Shown here piece by piece: positions 18,542-27,760 of a stretch of DNA of 64,000 bases. The translations under genes were made by a program, and so were the position numbers. How positions within the stretch are numbered: the stretch's first letter is position 1; each line of letters opens with the position of its first letter. This stretch comes from Minisyncoccota bacterium (GTDB lineage: Bacteria; Patescibacteriota; Minisyncoccia; Phycocordibacterales; CSBR16-193), in the NCBI GenBank assembly GCA_040905715.1, contig JBBDRA010000003.1, positions 7,075 to 71,074 on the forward strand, read 5' to 3'. The notes beneath the pieces were generated by a model. That model did not search any database. It saw only the letters and a list, made by a program, of their open reading frames with translations, and had not been told where the DNA came from.

Positions 18542-19393
18542 CTAGACCGCCATTTTTGCTTTGATCTGGTCGTGGTGTTCGTAGTTCTCAAGTTTTATGT
18601 CGTTCATTGTGAAGCTGTCGATATCTTTTACTTCCGGGTTGAGCCACAGTGTTGGAAGCGGTAGAGGTTTGCGAGACAACTGTTCCTTAACTGCATCAAA
18701 GTGATCGTGGTAGACGTGCGCGTCGTTCAGCGTAAGGATACATTCGTCGGGTTCGAGGTCGGTTACTTGTGCAACCATCGACAGGAGAAGAGCGTAAGAG
18801 GCGATGTTGAACGGCACACCGAGGAACATGTCGCAGCTACGTTGAGTCATGTGAAGACTTATTTTGCCGTTTGCAACGAAAAACTGGAACATCATGTGAC
18901 AGGGCGGAAGCGCCATGAGATCGAGCTCGCCCGGGTTCCAGGCCGAGACGATCAGCCGTCGGTCACCAGGTTTATTCTTGATCTTATCTATTACTTCCGC
19001 AAGCTGATCGATCTCTTTTACTTCGTTTCGTCCACGGTCCGGATAGGCGGGAGAGCGCCAGTTACGCCATTGAACACCGTAGATTCGACCACAGTCTCCG
19101 TCGAAAAGTGCGTGGGGCTTCCAGTAGTCAGAATACGCATTGTCGGTCCAGATGGTCCAGTCCTTACCCATGATCTCGCGAAGTCGGTTTTCGTCTCCGC
19201 TACCTTCAATGAACCACAGCAATTCGCCGGTCATCATTTTGAAGGCAAGTTTTTTTGTTGTGACCGCCGGAAAACCTTCGCTCATTTTGAACCGAAGCTG
19301 TTTTGCAAACAGTGCACGAGTGGAACCATTTCGACCTTCACGGTCAACGCCGGTATCCATGATCTCCTGGAGAAGTGATAGATATGCTTTCAT
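18542..19393 (-). CDS. thyA: Thymidylate synthase (ThyA type; Asn retained in the PFNIASYALL motif, so dUMP-specific)
   Basis: LPPCH catalytic Cys, SAWNP, YGVQWR, GVPFNIASYALL. Confidence 0.9.
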   Translation of the reverse strand: MKAYLSLLQEIMDTGVDREGRNGSTRALFAKQLRFKMSEGFPAVTTKKLAFKMMTGELLWFIEGSGDENRLREIMGKDWTIWTDNAYSDYWKPHALFDGDCGRIYGVQWRNWRSPAYPDRGRNEVKEIDQLAEVIDKIKNKPGDRRLIVSAWNPGELDLMALPPCHMMFQFFVANGKISLHMTQRSCDMFLGVPFNIASYALLLSMVAQVTDLEPDECILTLNDAHVYHDHFDAVKEQLSRKPLPLPTLWLNPEVKDIDSFTMNDIKLENYEHHDQIKAKMAV

Positions 19394-19442
19394 GATGAAT
19401 ATTTACATGTATAACGTTGTATCTATAGTAACAAAAAAATCA

Positions 19443-19468
19443 GCGTCTCGCTGATTCCGGTCTTTTCT
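19443..19468 (-). terminator. Minus-strand terminator downstream of the small acidic ORF and upstream of thyA
   Basis: Minus strand reads aatcagcgagacgctgatt followed by ttttttt. Confidence 0.65.
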
Positions 19469-19486
19469 TCTGATTACGTTTCCAGG

Positions 19487-19762
19487 TTATTCCTTGGGCT
19501 GTAGTTCACGTAAAAGCTGGTCTTCCTCCTCAAGAAGTTGATCGAGGGAAGGGGCGTCATCTGTGCCGATCAAGTAGTCACGCTTTTTATTAATGACGGT
19601 ATTGAGACGATTGAGAAAATCAGTCATTTTCTCGCCCTGCCCAATAAGCCGAGCGCGCTCTTGATGGGACAGACCTCGTTCAACAACTTCTGCAAGTTGT
19701 TCTTTTTCTTCGCCGGAGATATCAAGTTCCGCGATGGATGTAGTTAGGGAATCATCTAGCAT
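19487..19762 (-). CDS. Hypothetical small acidic protein (91 aa)
   Basis: ORF bounded by its own downstream terminator; weak RBS; no family recognised. Confidence 0.35.
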   Translation of the reverse strand: MLDDSLTTSIAELDISGEEKEQLAEVVERGLSHQERARLIGQGEKMTDFLNRLNTVINKKRDYLIGTDDAPSLDQLLEEEDQLLRELQPKE

Positions 19763-20568
19763 ATATTCTTTCTAAGACTGGGTGAGGCGGGTTTTGCTTA
19801 CACCGATAGAGTGAGTAGCGCTACCTTTGTTCTGTTACTAGGCTCGATTCAGTGCCGCTTCTATAGTTGTATTAGTATAATTCTCTCCAAACATCTCCAC
19901 CTCTGCTGCGCGCAGATCATCTAGACGCTCTTGTTGCTCCTTTGATAATTCAACGTGTTCTACGGATTCTATAGGAAACGATCGAGACTCAAGTGAAGAC
20001 ATAGGCGCAAAGAATTAATTGATTAGCTCTATTGTACCAAGCTGTTTTAAAAGTACAAATGAAGAGGATGGCGCAGTTACTAGAAGTGGTTTGTTAGCTG
20101 TGGATACCTGTAGTGAATAGAGAGGGCGGTACGTTTATTGACGAAATCAATTTAATATGTATAATTTTAAGTCTGTGGTTCGAACAACGTTCTTTGATCC
20201 AAAAATGAAGAAGGAAGCATTAGTATGCCAAGGACGGGAAAATTTCGTATGCAGACGCTCGACGGTCGGATCGCTAGCAGCTCCAATGCGCCTCCGGGCG
20301 GATGTCATGAGCACGCCAGGATACTAAATATACCTCCTGCTCCGAGGCAGGTCAGGTTGGCCAGCGATCCGAGAGTGCTTAATTTCGGTGGTGTTAGATC
20401 GCTCGATGGAGTTAAAGCACGCCGCCGACAGCTATAAATGTCCTACTAGGACTGCGTCCTTTCAACTTACTACCCCACGCGCGCTCAGTGCCGTGGGGTT
20501 TTTCTTAGGGTTTTTTGATCGCTTTTCTAATTGTATTTTTAGGACCTTTCCTCTAGAATGGGTTTATT
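19763..20568. other. ~800-bp gene-poor region upstream of glyA ending in an attenuator-like terminator; candidate structured RNA or leader
   Basis: Only short, non-protein-like ORFs are present; GC-rich complementary segments at 20230-20470; terminator at 20473-20506 lies 60 nt before the glyA ATG. Confidence 0.35.
20473..20506 (+). terminator. Intrinsic terminator immediately upstream of glyA (attenuator, or 3' end of an upstream sRNA)
   Basis: ccccacgcgcgctcagtgccgtgggg + tttttctt. Confidence 0.7.
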
Positions 20569-21765
20569 ATGAAAGATACTCAGATTGAAAAGCGAATTCG
20601 TGAAGAAGCGAAGCGACAGGATAGAGTAGTGAACTTGATAGCCTCTGAGAATATTGTCTCGCAAGACGTGCTTGTGGCACTTGGCTCAGTGCTGACCAAT
20701 AAATACGCCGAAGGCTATCCCGGCAAACGATACTATGGCGGCAACGACATTATTGACTCAGTTGAAGCACTTGCTCAAAAGCGCGCCCTCAAGACCTTTG
20801 ATCTCTCTGAAAAAACCTGGCACGTGAATGTTCAGCCGCTTTCCGGTTCCCCGGCGAACCTCGCGGTGTATTTGGCATTGGTTCCTCAAGGCGGAAAGAT
20901 CATGGGGATGTCGCTTGATCAGGGAGGACATCTCTCGCATGGGTTCAAGGTTTCGGCAACCGGCATGTTCTGGAAACAGGTATCCTACGGCGTTGATCCC
21001 AAAACCGAGCAGATCGATTACGAGGCACTCAAGAAGCTCGCTTTAAAAGAGAAGCCAGATATCATTGTTGCCGGTTTTACGGCGTATCCGCGGAAGGTGA
21101 ATTGGAAAAAATTCCGGGAGATCGCTGATGCAGTGGTTTACCCTGAGCAAGGTCGAAAGGGTGCGTACTTACACGTTGATATGTCGCATATCGGCGGGTT
21201 GGTTGCCGGCGGGGCGCATCCGTCGCCATTTCGCTATGCAGACACCGTAATGACCACGGTTCACAAAACACTGCGCGGACCGCGCGCGGCGATCATATTT
21301 GCTCGCAAGGACAAGCGTGGCATTCCAAAAGCGATCGACAAAGCGGTATTCCCGGGACTGCAGGGAGGACCGCACATGAACCAGGTGGCAGCAACCGCTG
21401 TTGCGCTCAAAGAAGCAAGTACGAAAGGATTTGAAAAGTATGTTACCCAAGTCGTCGCAAACGCAAAGGTGTTGGCCGATGAGCTGGCAGCGCGTGGTTG
21501 GCGTGTTATCTCCGGAGGCACTGATACGCACTTGCTTTTGATAGACACGTGGCTCGACGGCAAAGGGATCTCCGGTAAAGAGGCCAGCGACCGGCTTGAG
21601 AAAGAAGATATTATTGTAAACAAAAATACGATCCCGAACGAAACGCGTTCGCCGATGGACCCATCCGGTATTCGCATCGGTACTGCCGCTGAAACATCCA
21701 AAGGAGCAAAAGAAAAGGATATGGAGAAGATCGCTGAGCGCATTGATAGAATTCTAAAACAGTAG
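20569..21765 (+). CDS. glyA: Serine hydroxymethyltransferase
   Basis: NLIASENIVSQDVLVALGSVLTNKYAEGYPGKRYYGG; PLP-Lys region VMTTVHKTLRGPR. Confidence 0.9.
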   Translation: MKDTQIEKRIREEAKRQDRVVNLIASENIVSQDVLVALGSVLTNKYAEGYPGKRYYGGNDIIDSVEALAQKRALKTFDLSEKTWHVNVQPLSGSPANLAVYLALVPQGGKIMGMSLDQGGHLSHGFKVSATGMFWKQVSYGVDPKTEQIDYEALKKLALKEKPDIIVAGFTAYPRKVNWKKFREIADAVVYPEQGRKGAYLHVDMSHIGGLVAGGAHPSPFRYADTVMTTVHKTLRGPRAAIIFARKDKRGIPKAIDKAVFPGLQGGPHMNQVAATAVALKEASTKGFEKYVTQVVANAKVLADELAARGWRVISGGTDTHLLLIDTWLDGKGISGKEASDRLEKEDIIVNKNTIPNETRSPMDPSGIRIGTAAETSKGAKEKDMEKIAERIDRILKQ

Positions 21766-21767
21766 AC

Positions 21768-22499
21768 ATGGCTAAAAAGGACACAGGAAAACCACGTAAA
21801 GTTACACCACGCGGCAAGCTGATCGTTATTGATGGTATTGATGGGTCCGGTAAAGCGACGCAAGTTGGTTTGCTTAAAAAATATCTTAAGAAAGAAGGGG
21901 TAAAGGTAAAAACGATCGACTTTCCCCGTTATGAAGATAACTTTTTCGGAAGTCTTATCGGTAATTATCTTTCCGGTGAGTATGGAGATTTTGCAAAAAC
22001 TGATCCACGGGTCGCCTCAGTGCTGTACGCAGCAGATCGATTCGAATCCAGTAAAAATATCCGAAAGTGGTTGGAAGAGGGGTATACCGTTTTGGCTGAT
22101 CGGTACGTAAGTGCTAACCAGATCCATCAGGGTGGTAAAATTGCAGATGCGCGAAAACGAAAAGAATTTCTCGAGTGGCTTGAAAAAATGGAGCACGGCG
22201 TGTTCGGCATCCCAAAGCCGGACCTTGTTATTTATTTAGATGTGCCGTTCGAGGTTAGTCGAGAGTGGCTGAAAAAGAAGTCTGCTCAATCGTCGAAAAA
22301 GTATTTAAAGGGAAGAAAGGATGTCGTGGAAGATAATTTAAAATATTTGAAAAATTCTCGAAACGCTGCCCTGTGGTTGGAGCGGAATAATAAAAACTGG
22401 GAGAAAGTCACGTGTTGTGACGGCATGACCTGCATGCTCCCTGAGGAGGTTCACGGGTACGTGGCCAAGATCACACAAAAGCGATTACGACGTATATAG
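21768..22499 (+). CDS. tmk: Thymidylate kinase (with C-terminal extension)
   Basis: P-loop GIDGSGKATQ, DRY motif (LADRYVSA), lid region; 243 aa. Confidence 0.85.
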   Translation: MAKKDTGKPRKVTPRGKLIVIDGIDGSGKATQVGLLKKYLKKEGVKVKTIDFPRYEDNFFGSLIGNYLSGEYGDFAKTDPRVASVLYAADRFESSKNIRKWLEEGYTVLADRYVSANQIHQGGKIADARKRKEFLEWLEKMEHGVFGIPKPDLVIYLDVPFEVSREWLKKKSAQSSKKYLKGRKDVVEDNLKYLKNSRNAALWLERNNKNWEKVTCCDGMTCMLPEEVHGYVAKITQKRLRRI

Positions 22500-22522
22500 A
22501 TCTAGTACTTCTGCTATACCTT

Positions 22523-22960
22523 TTGTTACATATGGGGCTTACGATACAGATCAAAAAACTTTACAAGAATACTAAGATGCCTGCCTATGCTCGAGCGGGT
22601 GATGTGGCGCTCGATATGTTCTCCCGAGAAGAAGGCGTACTCCTGCCAGGCGAGCGTAAAGTGTTCCATACCGGATTTGCTCTAGAGTTCCCGGAGGGAT
22701 TTGCAGCTATCGTGAAAGATAAAGGCGGCATAGCGAATGTCGGCGTTACTACACTCGGCGGGGTTTTCGATGCCGGATATCGCGGAGAGTATAATGCCCA
22801 GTTGTTTAATCTTAGTACAGAGCCGTATACGGTCGAGGTTGGTGACAAGGTAGCCCAGCTAATGATCCTTCCGGTGGAGATCGTAACACTCGAGGAGGTG
22901 GATGAACTCAGTGATTCTGATCGCGGTGACGGTCGGTTCGGGAGTACCGGTTTGAAATAA
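22523..22960 (+). CDS. dut: dUTP diphosphatase
   Basis: dUTPase motifs AGDVALD, GxIDAGYRGE, RGDGRFGSTG. Confidence 0.85.
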   Translation: MLHMGLTIQIKKLYKNTKMPAYARAGDVALDMFSREEGVLLPGERKVFHTGFALEFPEGFAAIVKDKGGIANVGVTTLGGVFDAGYRGEYNAQLFNLSTEPYTVEVGDKVAQLMILPVEIVTLEEVDELSDSDRGDGRFGSTGLK

Positions 22961-23054
22961 TCGGGTGCGTAATGTGTCTTTATAGGGTAGGAGTATGCTT
23001 GAGTACAAGTATACATGTTATTTATGACAACTTTCTCATTGAGGAGCGAGATCA

Positions 23055-23543
23055 ATGGAAACCTCTAGTGTTTCGTACTCATCGTTCAGTGTAACCCGAT
23101 TTAGACGTGTGCAGGTTGACCTGCTTGAGCCAATAGACCGGCTCCTGAGTCGAGTTGGTGTAAGGGAGTATGATGTGCCTCTTGGAATAACCGCGCTCGA
23201 TAGTTGTAAGGCGGAAGTCTACGAAGTAAAAATTCGTAGCTGGTTTTATGACAGGCCGCTGGCATCAGTCGAAGAGGCGTGTCTGCACCTTGAGTGTGGG
23301 GAACGATTCGCCACGCTTCGAGAATTTCTGAGCTGGGTTGCCGTACGACCAGGCATTGCTCGAGTCGGTGCGTACACTATTTGGGGGAGTCAGTGTCGCA
23401 ATATTGTTCCTGTTGTACGAAACAAGGGGGTCAATGATATTTCAGATCTACGGGTCAGCTGTGAGCATGTTAAAGAAGCTCTGCGGATTCAGCGGATCCC
23501 CACGGTCGTTCGCTGCGTCGCGCAGCATTCAGTTGCCGCATGA
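23055..23543 (+). CDS. Hypothetical protein (Cys/Arg/Trp-rich, 162 aa)
   Basis: GAGGAG RBS; own terminator downstream; no recognisable family. Confidence 0.45.
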   Translation: METSSVSYSSFSVTRFRRVQVDLLEPIDRLLSRVGVREYDVPLGITALDSCKAEVYEVKIRSWFYDRPLASVEEACLHLECGERFATLREFLSWVAVRPGIARVGAYTIWGSQCRNIVPVVRNKGVNDISDLRVSCEHVKEALRIQRIPTVVRCVAQHSVAA

Positions 23544-23571
23544 GCGAGTGCTCGTATCATCCCTTGCCCCG

Positions 23572-23612
23572 GTTCTAATAAAGAACCGGGGTTTTCTTTG
23601 TGTTTTTCCACC
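23572..23612 (+). terminator. Rho-independent terminator
   Basis: ccccggttctaataaagaaccggggttttctttgtgttttt. Confidence 0.85.
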
Positions 23613-23681
23613 GTCTCTTTCTTGCAGGGTATGAAGTAGAGAAAGTTGGTATGATCGCACAGATACTTTATACTGTGAGCT

Positions 23682-25391
23682 ATGATCCAGGACATCCTGA
23701 AAGACACAATTAGCGAAGCGTTGCAACAGATCGGTATTGCTGACCCGGAGGTTGAGCTGGAGCACCCGGCCGATCTTGCACACGGTGATTTTTCAACGAA
23801 TGTGGCGATGAGATATGCCAAAGAGCAGGGTAGCAGTCCGCGAGATATTGCTGAAAAAGTCATTTCTCTTATTGAAGAGAGTAAGCCTTCTTTCGTAAAC
23901 AAAGTAGAGATCGCCGGCCCCGGTTTTATTAATTTCTTTTTAGCACGTGATTTCTTTGCAAAGTCACTAGAGGATATTGCTGCTCATGCAATGGATTTTG
24001 GCAGGAGCGAGGTTCTTGAAGGAAAGAGAGTGTTGGTCGAATACACCGATCCGAACCTCTTCAAAGAGTTTCATGTCGGTCACATTATGAATAATACGGT
24101 CGGCGAAGCGATCGCAAATCTCTTTGAGAGCCAAGGCGCGTCAGTCGTGCGAGCTAATTACCAGAGTGATGTTGGTCCGCCTGTTGCTAAAGCGATCTGG
24201 GGAATGCGCCAGCTTGCTCATAAAATGCCGAAAGATGACGCGCCGCTTATCGAGAAGGTGCGATTTCTCGGTGACTCGTATGTTACCGGTAGTGCGGCGT
24301 ACGAAGAAGGCAGCTCCAAAGAAGAGATCGACGCGATCAATACGCACATATATGAACGTGATAACGACGAGCTAAATGAGCTCTACAAATGGGGTCGTAC
24401 CGTAAGCCTGAATCATTTTGAAGAGATCTACAAAAAACTCGGCACACGGTTTGATTGTTATTATTTCGAAAGTCAGGTTTTTGAAGACGGACTCAAACTT
24501 GTGGAGGAAGGGAAAGAAAAAGGTGTTTTCAAAGAGTCGGATGGCGCGATCGTGTACCACGGTGAAGAGGATGGATTGCATACGCGCGTGTTCGTAAATG
24601 CGCGCGGTTTGCCAACCTACGAGACCAAGGAGCTCGGGCTTACCAAGCAGAAATTTGAAACCGAAACATACGAGCAATCGGTCGTGGTAACAGCAAACGA
24701 GCAGACATCGTACTTTCAAGTGGTGATGGCCGCGCTTACCAAGCTTTATCCGGAGTGGGTTAAGAGAACGAAGCACATAGAGCACGGCATGCTCCAGACG
24801 CCGGATGGCAAGATGTCGTCGCGAAAAGGCAATGTAATCGGCGGCGGGACACTCATCGAAGATGTTGAAGCTCGGGCCAACGAAAAGATACAGGAAACTG
24901 ACCGTGATCTTGAAGACCCCGATATATTGGCGACCCAGGAAGCGGTCGCGGCGATCAAGTACGCTATTTTAAAGCAGGCGCCGGGTAAGAACGTGACGTT
25001 CGATATGGAGCAATCACTCTCGTTGGAAGGAGATTCCGGACCGTATCTACAGTATGCACATACTCGCTGTTACTCGATCCTGGCAAAAGCAAAGACAGAA
25101 GGAATTGTGGCATCGATCGAGAATCCACCGGCCGAGTCGTATGAGTTGGAGCGAGTACTGTATCGATTCCCGGAGATCGTCGAGAAGGCATTTAGCGATC
25201 TTTCTCCGCAGTATGTTACAACGTACCTGACCGAACTTGCCTCCATGTTCAATAGTTTTTACGGCACCGAGCAGATAGTAAATGTAGATGATGAGTTCTC
25301 GCCGTACAAACTCGCGCTCACTCGAGCTACGCAAACCGTTCTCGCCAACGGACTCAATGTTCTTGGCATCGAAGCTCCTGAGCAAATGTAG
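23682..25391 (+). CDS. argS: Arginyl-tRNA synthetase
   Basis: Class I HIGH-type motif FHVGHIMN; N-terminal Arg-tRNA-binding domain; C-terminal DALR anticodon-binding domain; 569 aa. Confidence 0.9.
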   Translation: MIQDILKDTISEALQQIGIADPEVELEHPADLAHGDFSTNVAMRYAKEQGSSPRDIAEKVISLIEESKPSFVNKVEIAGPGFINFFLARDFFAKSLEDIAAHAMDFGRSEVLEGKRVLVEYTDPNLFKEFHVGHIMNNTVGEAIANLFESQGASVVRANYQSDVGPPVAKAIWGMRQLAHKMPKDDAPLIEKVRFLGDSYVTGSAAYEEGSSKEEIDAINTHIYERDNDELNELYKWGRTVSLNHFEEIYKKLGTRFDCYYFESQVFEDGLKLVEEGKEKGVFKESDGAIVYHGEEDGLHTRVFVNARGLPTYETKELGLTKQKFETETYEQSVVVTANEQTSYFQVVMAALTKLYPEWVKRTKHIEHGMLQTPDGKMSSRKGNVIGGGTLIEDVEARANEKIQETDRDLEDPDILATQEAVAAIKYAILKQAPGKNVTFDMEQSLSLEGDSGPYLQYAHTRCYSILAKAKTEGIVASIENPPAESYELERVLYRFPEIVEKAFSDLSPQYVTTYLTELASMFNSFYGTEQIVNVDDEFSPYKLALTRATQTVLANGLNVLGIEAPEQM

Positions 25392-25488
25392 ACTTGAATT
25401 ATTGTGTTTGAACTGCTGGTGTGGTATGACCATATCAGCGGTTCTTCATGTTCCATGAAATTAAGATAAATACGAAAGGGGGCTACCA

Positions 25489-26511
25489 ATGGTAGCGCTT
25501 GCAGATCTAGCAGAAGAACGTGCACGTCTCGATAGAGAGCTTGGTCGGGTTTGGGGAGGGTCCGGGGTGCGAAATCTTTGCCTTGAGGGGTACTGGTTTC
25601 ACAAACCGATCAAACTGGGGCACCCGCGAGGCTTTTCCTTTAAAGGTCTTGAAGAGGTCGCCAAGACAACAACACTTCTTCCAAACGCGGGTCGAATGCC
25701 ACTGAATAAGCGCAATCAGCCAAAGGAGTGGTCTCCCAACTGTATCTGGGTTGATCGAAAACGGAGCATCGCACTCAACGCGATCGGACTTTCCGGTCCG
25801 GGAGCGAAAGTGGTTTTCGAAAAACTCCAGAAGCTTCGACATCGTTTTCAACCGTCAATTATGGCGATCGGCACAACGCTAGAGGAGCGACTTGCCGAGA
25901 TGCGGCTCCTGATGAAGTTGATCGTGGAGCACTTCTCGTATGAGCAAGTTCCGATCGTTCAGATCAATGTTTCGTGCCCGAATCTTGAGCACGGCTTTGA
26001 TCCAATAAACGAACGGATCGTAGAGACTCAGAATATCCTGGACATCGTGTACGAGTACGGTCGCTTCGCGGTGATCAAGCTTAGTGCGGACTTCCTGCCC
26101 GAGCGGGTGATGGAGTTTGCTGAGCACCCGGCGTTGTTCGGTATCAGTGGCACAAATACTATTCCGTTCCGTATGATCATCCCGTGGCTTCCCGAAGATC
26201 ATGAATGCCAGATCCCATGGGATGAACTTTTCGGCGTCGGACAGCCATCTCCGCTTCGTGCTCGCGGGATCGATGCTGATGGCGGTCTTTCGGGCGCACC
26301 GCTCAAAAACCTCGCCTGTTTGTGGATCGGTCGGATCCGAAAAGCGGGGTTCAGGAGGCACCTGAACGGAGGTGGCGGTATTTTGCATCCGAATGATATT
26401 GAGTCCTTCCGTGTTGCAGGTGTTGACTCGATCTCGCTCGGTTCGGCTGCGTTTCTTGCTTCAGCGCAAGTGCAACCGATCATCCGGTACGGAAATAAAA
26501 TTCTATCCTAA
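25489..26511 (+). CDS. Dihydroorotate dehydrogenase family (PyrD-like) TIM-barrel protein with atypical N-terminus
   Basis: NAIGLSGPG, NVSCPN, GGLSGAPL, NGGGGI motifs alignable to class 1 DHODH. Confidence 0.6.
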   Translation: MVALADLAEERARLDRELGRVWGGSGVRNLCLEGYWFHKPIKLGHPRGFSFKGLEEVAKTTTLLPNAGRMPLNKRNQPKEWSPNCIWVDRKRSIALNAIGLSGPGAKVVFEKLQKLRHRFQPSIMAIGTTLEERLAEMRLLMKLIVEHFSYEQVPIVQINVSCPNLEHGFDPINERIVETQNILDIVYEYGRFAVIKLSADFLPERVMEFAEHPALFGISGTNTIPFRMIIPWLPEDHECQIPWDELFGVGQPSPLRARGIDADGGLSGAPLKNLACLWIGRIRKAGFRRHLNGGGGILHPNDIESFRVAGVDSISLGSAAFLASAQVQPIIRYGNKILS

Positions 26512-26527
26512 AATAAGGAAGAAGCTG

Positions 26528-27679
26528 ATGGAACTAATACGAGACAGCGCTGGAGTTGTGTGTGAGATCAGAATGCGTCGACCTGACAACTTCCACGCCC
26601 ACTACCGACAGAACGGGATGCTCCAGCTCATGGTGCTTCTATTCTTGCGGTATGGTTGGGGACGGGTTGAGGCAATGCCTAATAATCCGTTCATTGACAC
26701 CGGTCAGAAAGCTATAAAATATCGTTATGAGGCGATGCGTATCGCGCGAGCGAATGAATCCCGCTTTAATTATTCCGAGTTTGAGATGGTGCCGTCGATG
26801 CAGATCACGCCTGAGACAACACCGCAGATGGTGCTCGAGGCGTGGCGGCTCGGTGTTCGGATCTTTAAGATCTACCCGCGTTTCGTCACTACCGCCTCTG
26901 AAAACGGCGTTATTGATTACAAAGCACTTTACTCGGTTTTTGCAGAGATGGAGCGGATCAATACGCACGTGGTGGGAAAAGAGTTTCCTCATCCGTGTGT
27001 GTTGTCGCTTCACCCTGAGGACCCGAATGAGAATGTTGAGCCGTTCGACAAGGAGTCGGCTTTCATCGACAATCACGCTCACGATATCGTTCTTCGTTTC
27101 CCGGGATTACCGATCGTCTTCGAGCATATCTCGACAAAGGCGCTCGTGGATTTCGTGAAAAGCGACAATGCAGCTCGGAGAAATATCGCGGCAACGATCA
27201 CGCCTCAGCACATGATACGTACATACGCGGATCTGCTGGGGTATACACCTGCTTCGAATTTCAAGCTGCAGGTGGATGACTTTTGCAAGCCGGTCCTTAA
27301 GCCGCGTGAGGATCGTGATGCGGTTCGTGAAGCGGCAATGAGCGGTAATCCGAAGTTCTTTTACGGCGGAGACGACGCGCCGCATCCGGTAGGGAGCAAG
27401 GATTGCCGGGAGTGCTGTGCCGGTACGTTCAACACTGATGCCGGACTGCGGGTTTGTGTTGAAGAGTTCTATCAGCACAAGAAGCTCGAAAATCTTGACC
27501 CTTTCTTCTCAGAAAGCGGCGCTCGGTTCTACAGTTTCCCTCAAAACAAAGGAAAAATTACACTCAGACGTGAACCGTCAGTGGTTCCTGAGATGCATGT
27601 TATTCCGTGTGACGAGGGAGAGGCTCGTCCGTGGCTGGCCGGTGAAACGCTTCCCTGGAGCATCACCGCCATTCACTGA
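26528..27679 (+). CDS. pyrC: Dihydroorotase, class II (E. coli PyrC type)
   Basis: IRRPDNFHAHYR, VFEHISTK, AATITPQH, GGDDAPHP..CCAG, LAGETLPWSI all align with E. coli PyrC; RBS AAGGAAG. Confidence 0.85.
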   Translation: MELIRDSAGVVCEIRMRRPDNFHAHYRQNGMLQLMVLLFLRYGWGRVEAMPNNPFIDTGQKAIKYRYEAMRIARANESRFNYSEFEMVPSMQITPETTPQMVLEAWRLGVRIFKIYPRFVTTASENGVIDYKALYSVFAEMERINTHVVGKEFPHPCVLSLHPEDPNENVEPFDKESAFIDNHAHDIVLRFPGLPIVFEHISTKALVDFVKSDNAARRNIAATITPQHMIRTYADLLGYTPASNFKLQVDDFCKPVLKPREDRDAVREAAMSGNPKFFYGGDDAPHPVGSKDCRECCAGTFNTDAGLRVCVEEFYQHKKLENLDPFFSESGARFYSFPQNKGKITLRREPSVVPEMHVIPCDEGEARPWLAGETLPWSITAIH

Positions 27680-27706
27680 TCAACCTTTGTTCGTTTCTCA
27701 ATTCAA

Positions 27707-27746
27707 TACCACACCCTGTCGATCCGTCGACGGGGTGTTTTTTTGC
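27707..27746 (+). terminator. Rho-independent terminator
   Basis: acaccctgtcgatccgtcgacggggtgttttttt. Confidence 0.85.
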
Positions 27747-27760
27747 ACAAAGGGTGAAAA

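Noticed and set aside
20360-20420. T-box-like AATTTCGGTGGTG segment
   Set aside because: It lacks the ACCGCG half of the T-box motif, and glyA is not a typical T-box target.
20225-20520. Possible SRP RNA, tmRNA, RNase P RNA or ZTP riboswitch in the glyA upstream region
   Set aside because: A 10-mer CAGGTCAGGT matches SRP domain IV, but the GNRA tetraloop and AGCAGCC partner are missing. There is no tmRNA tag-ORF ending in ALAA. RNase P CR-I/CR-IV blocks are absent. ZTP signatures (UGACUGGCG, CCGCCUGGGC) were not found. The region is kept only as an unclassified structured leader.
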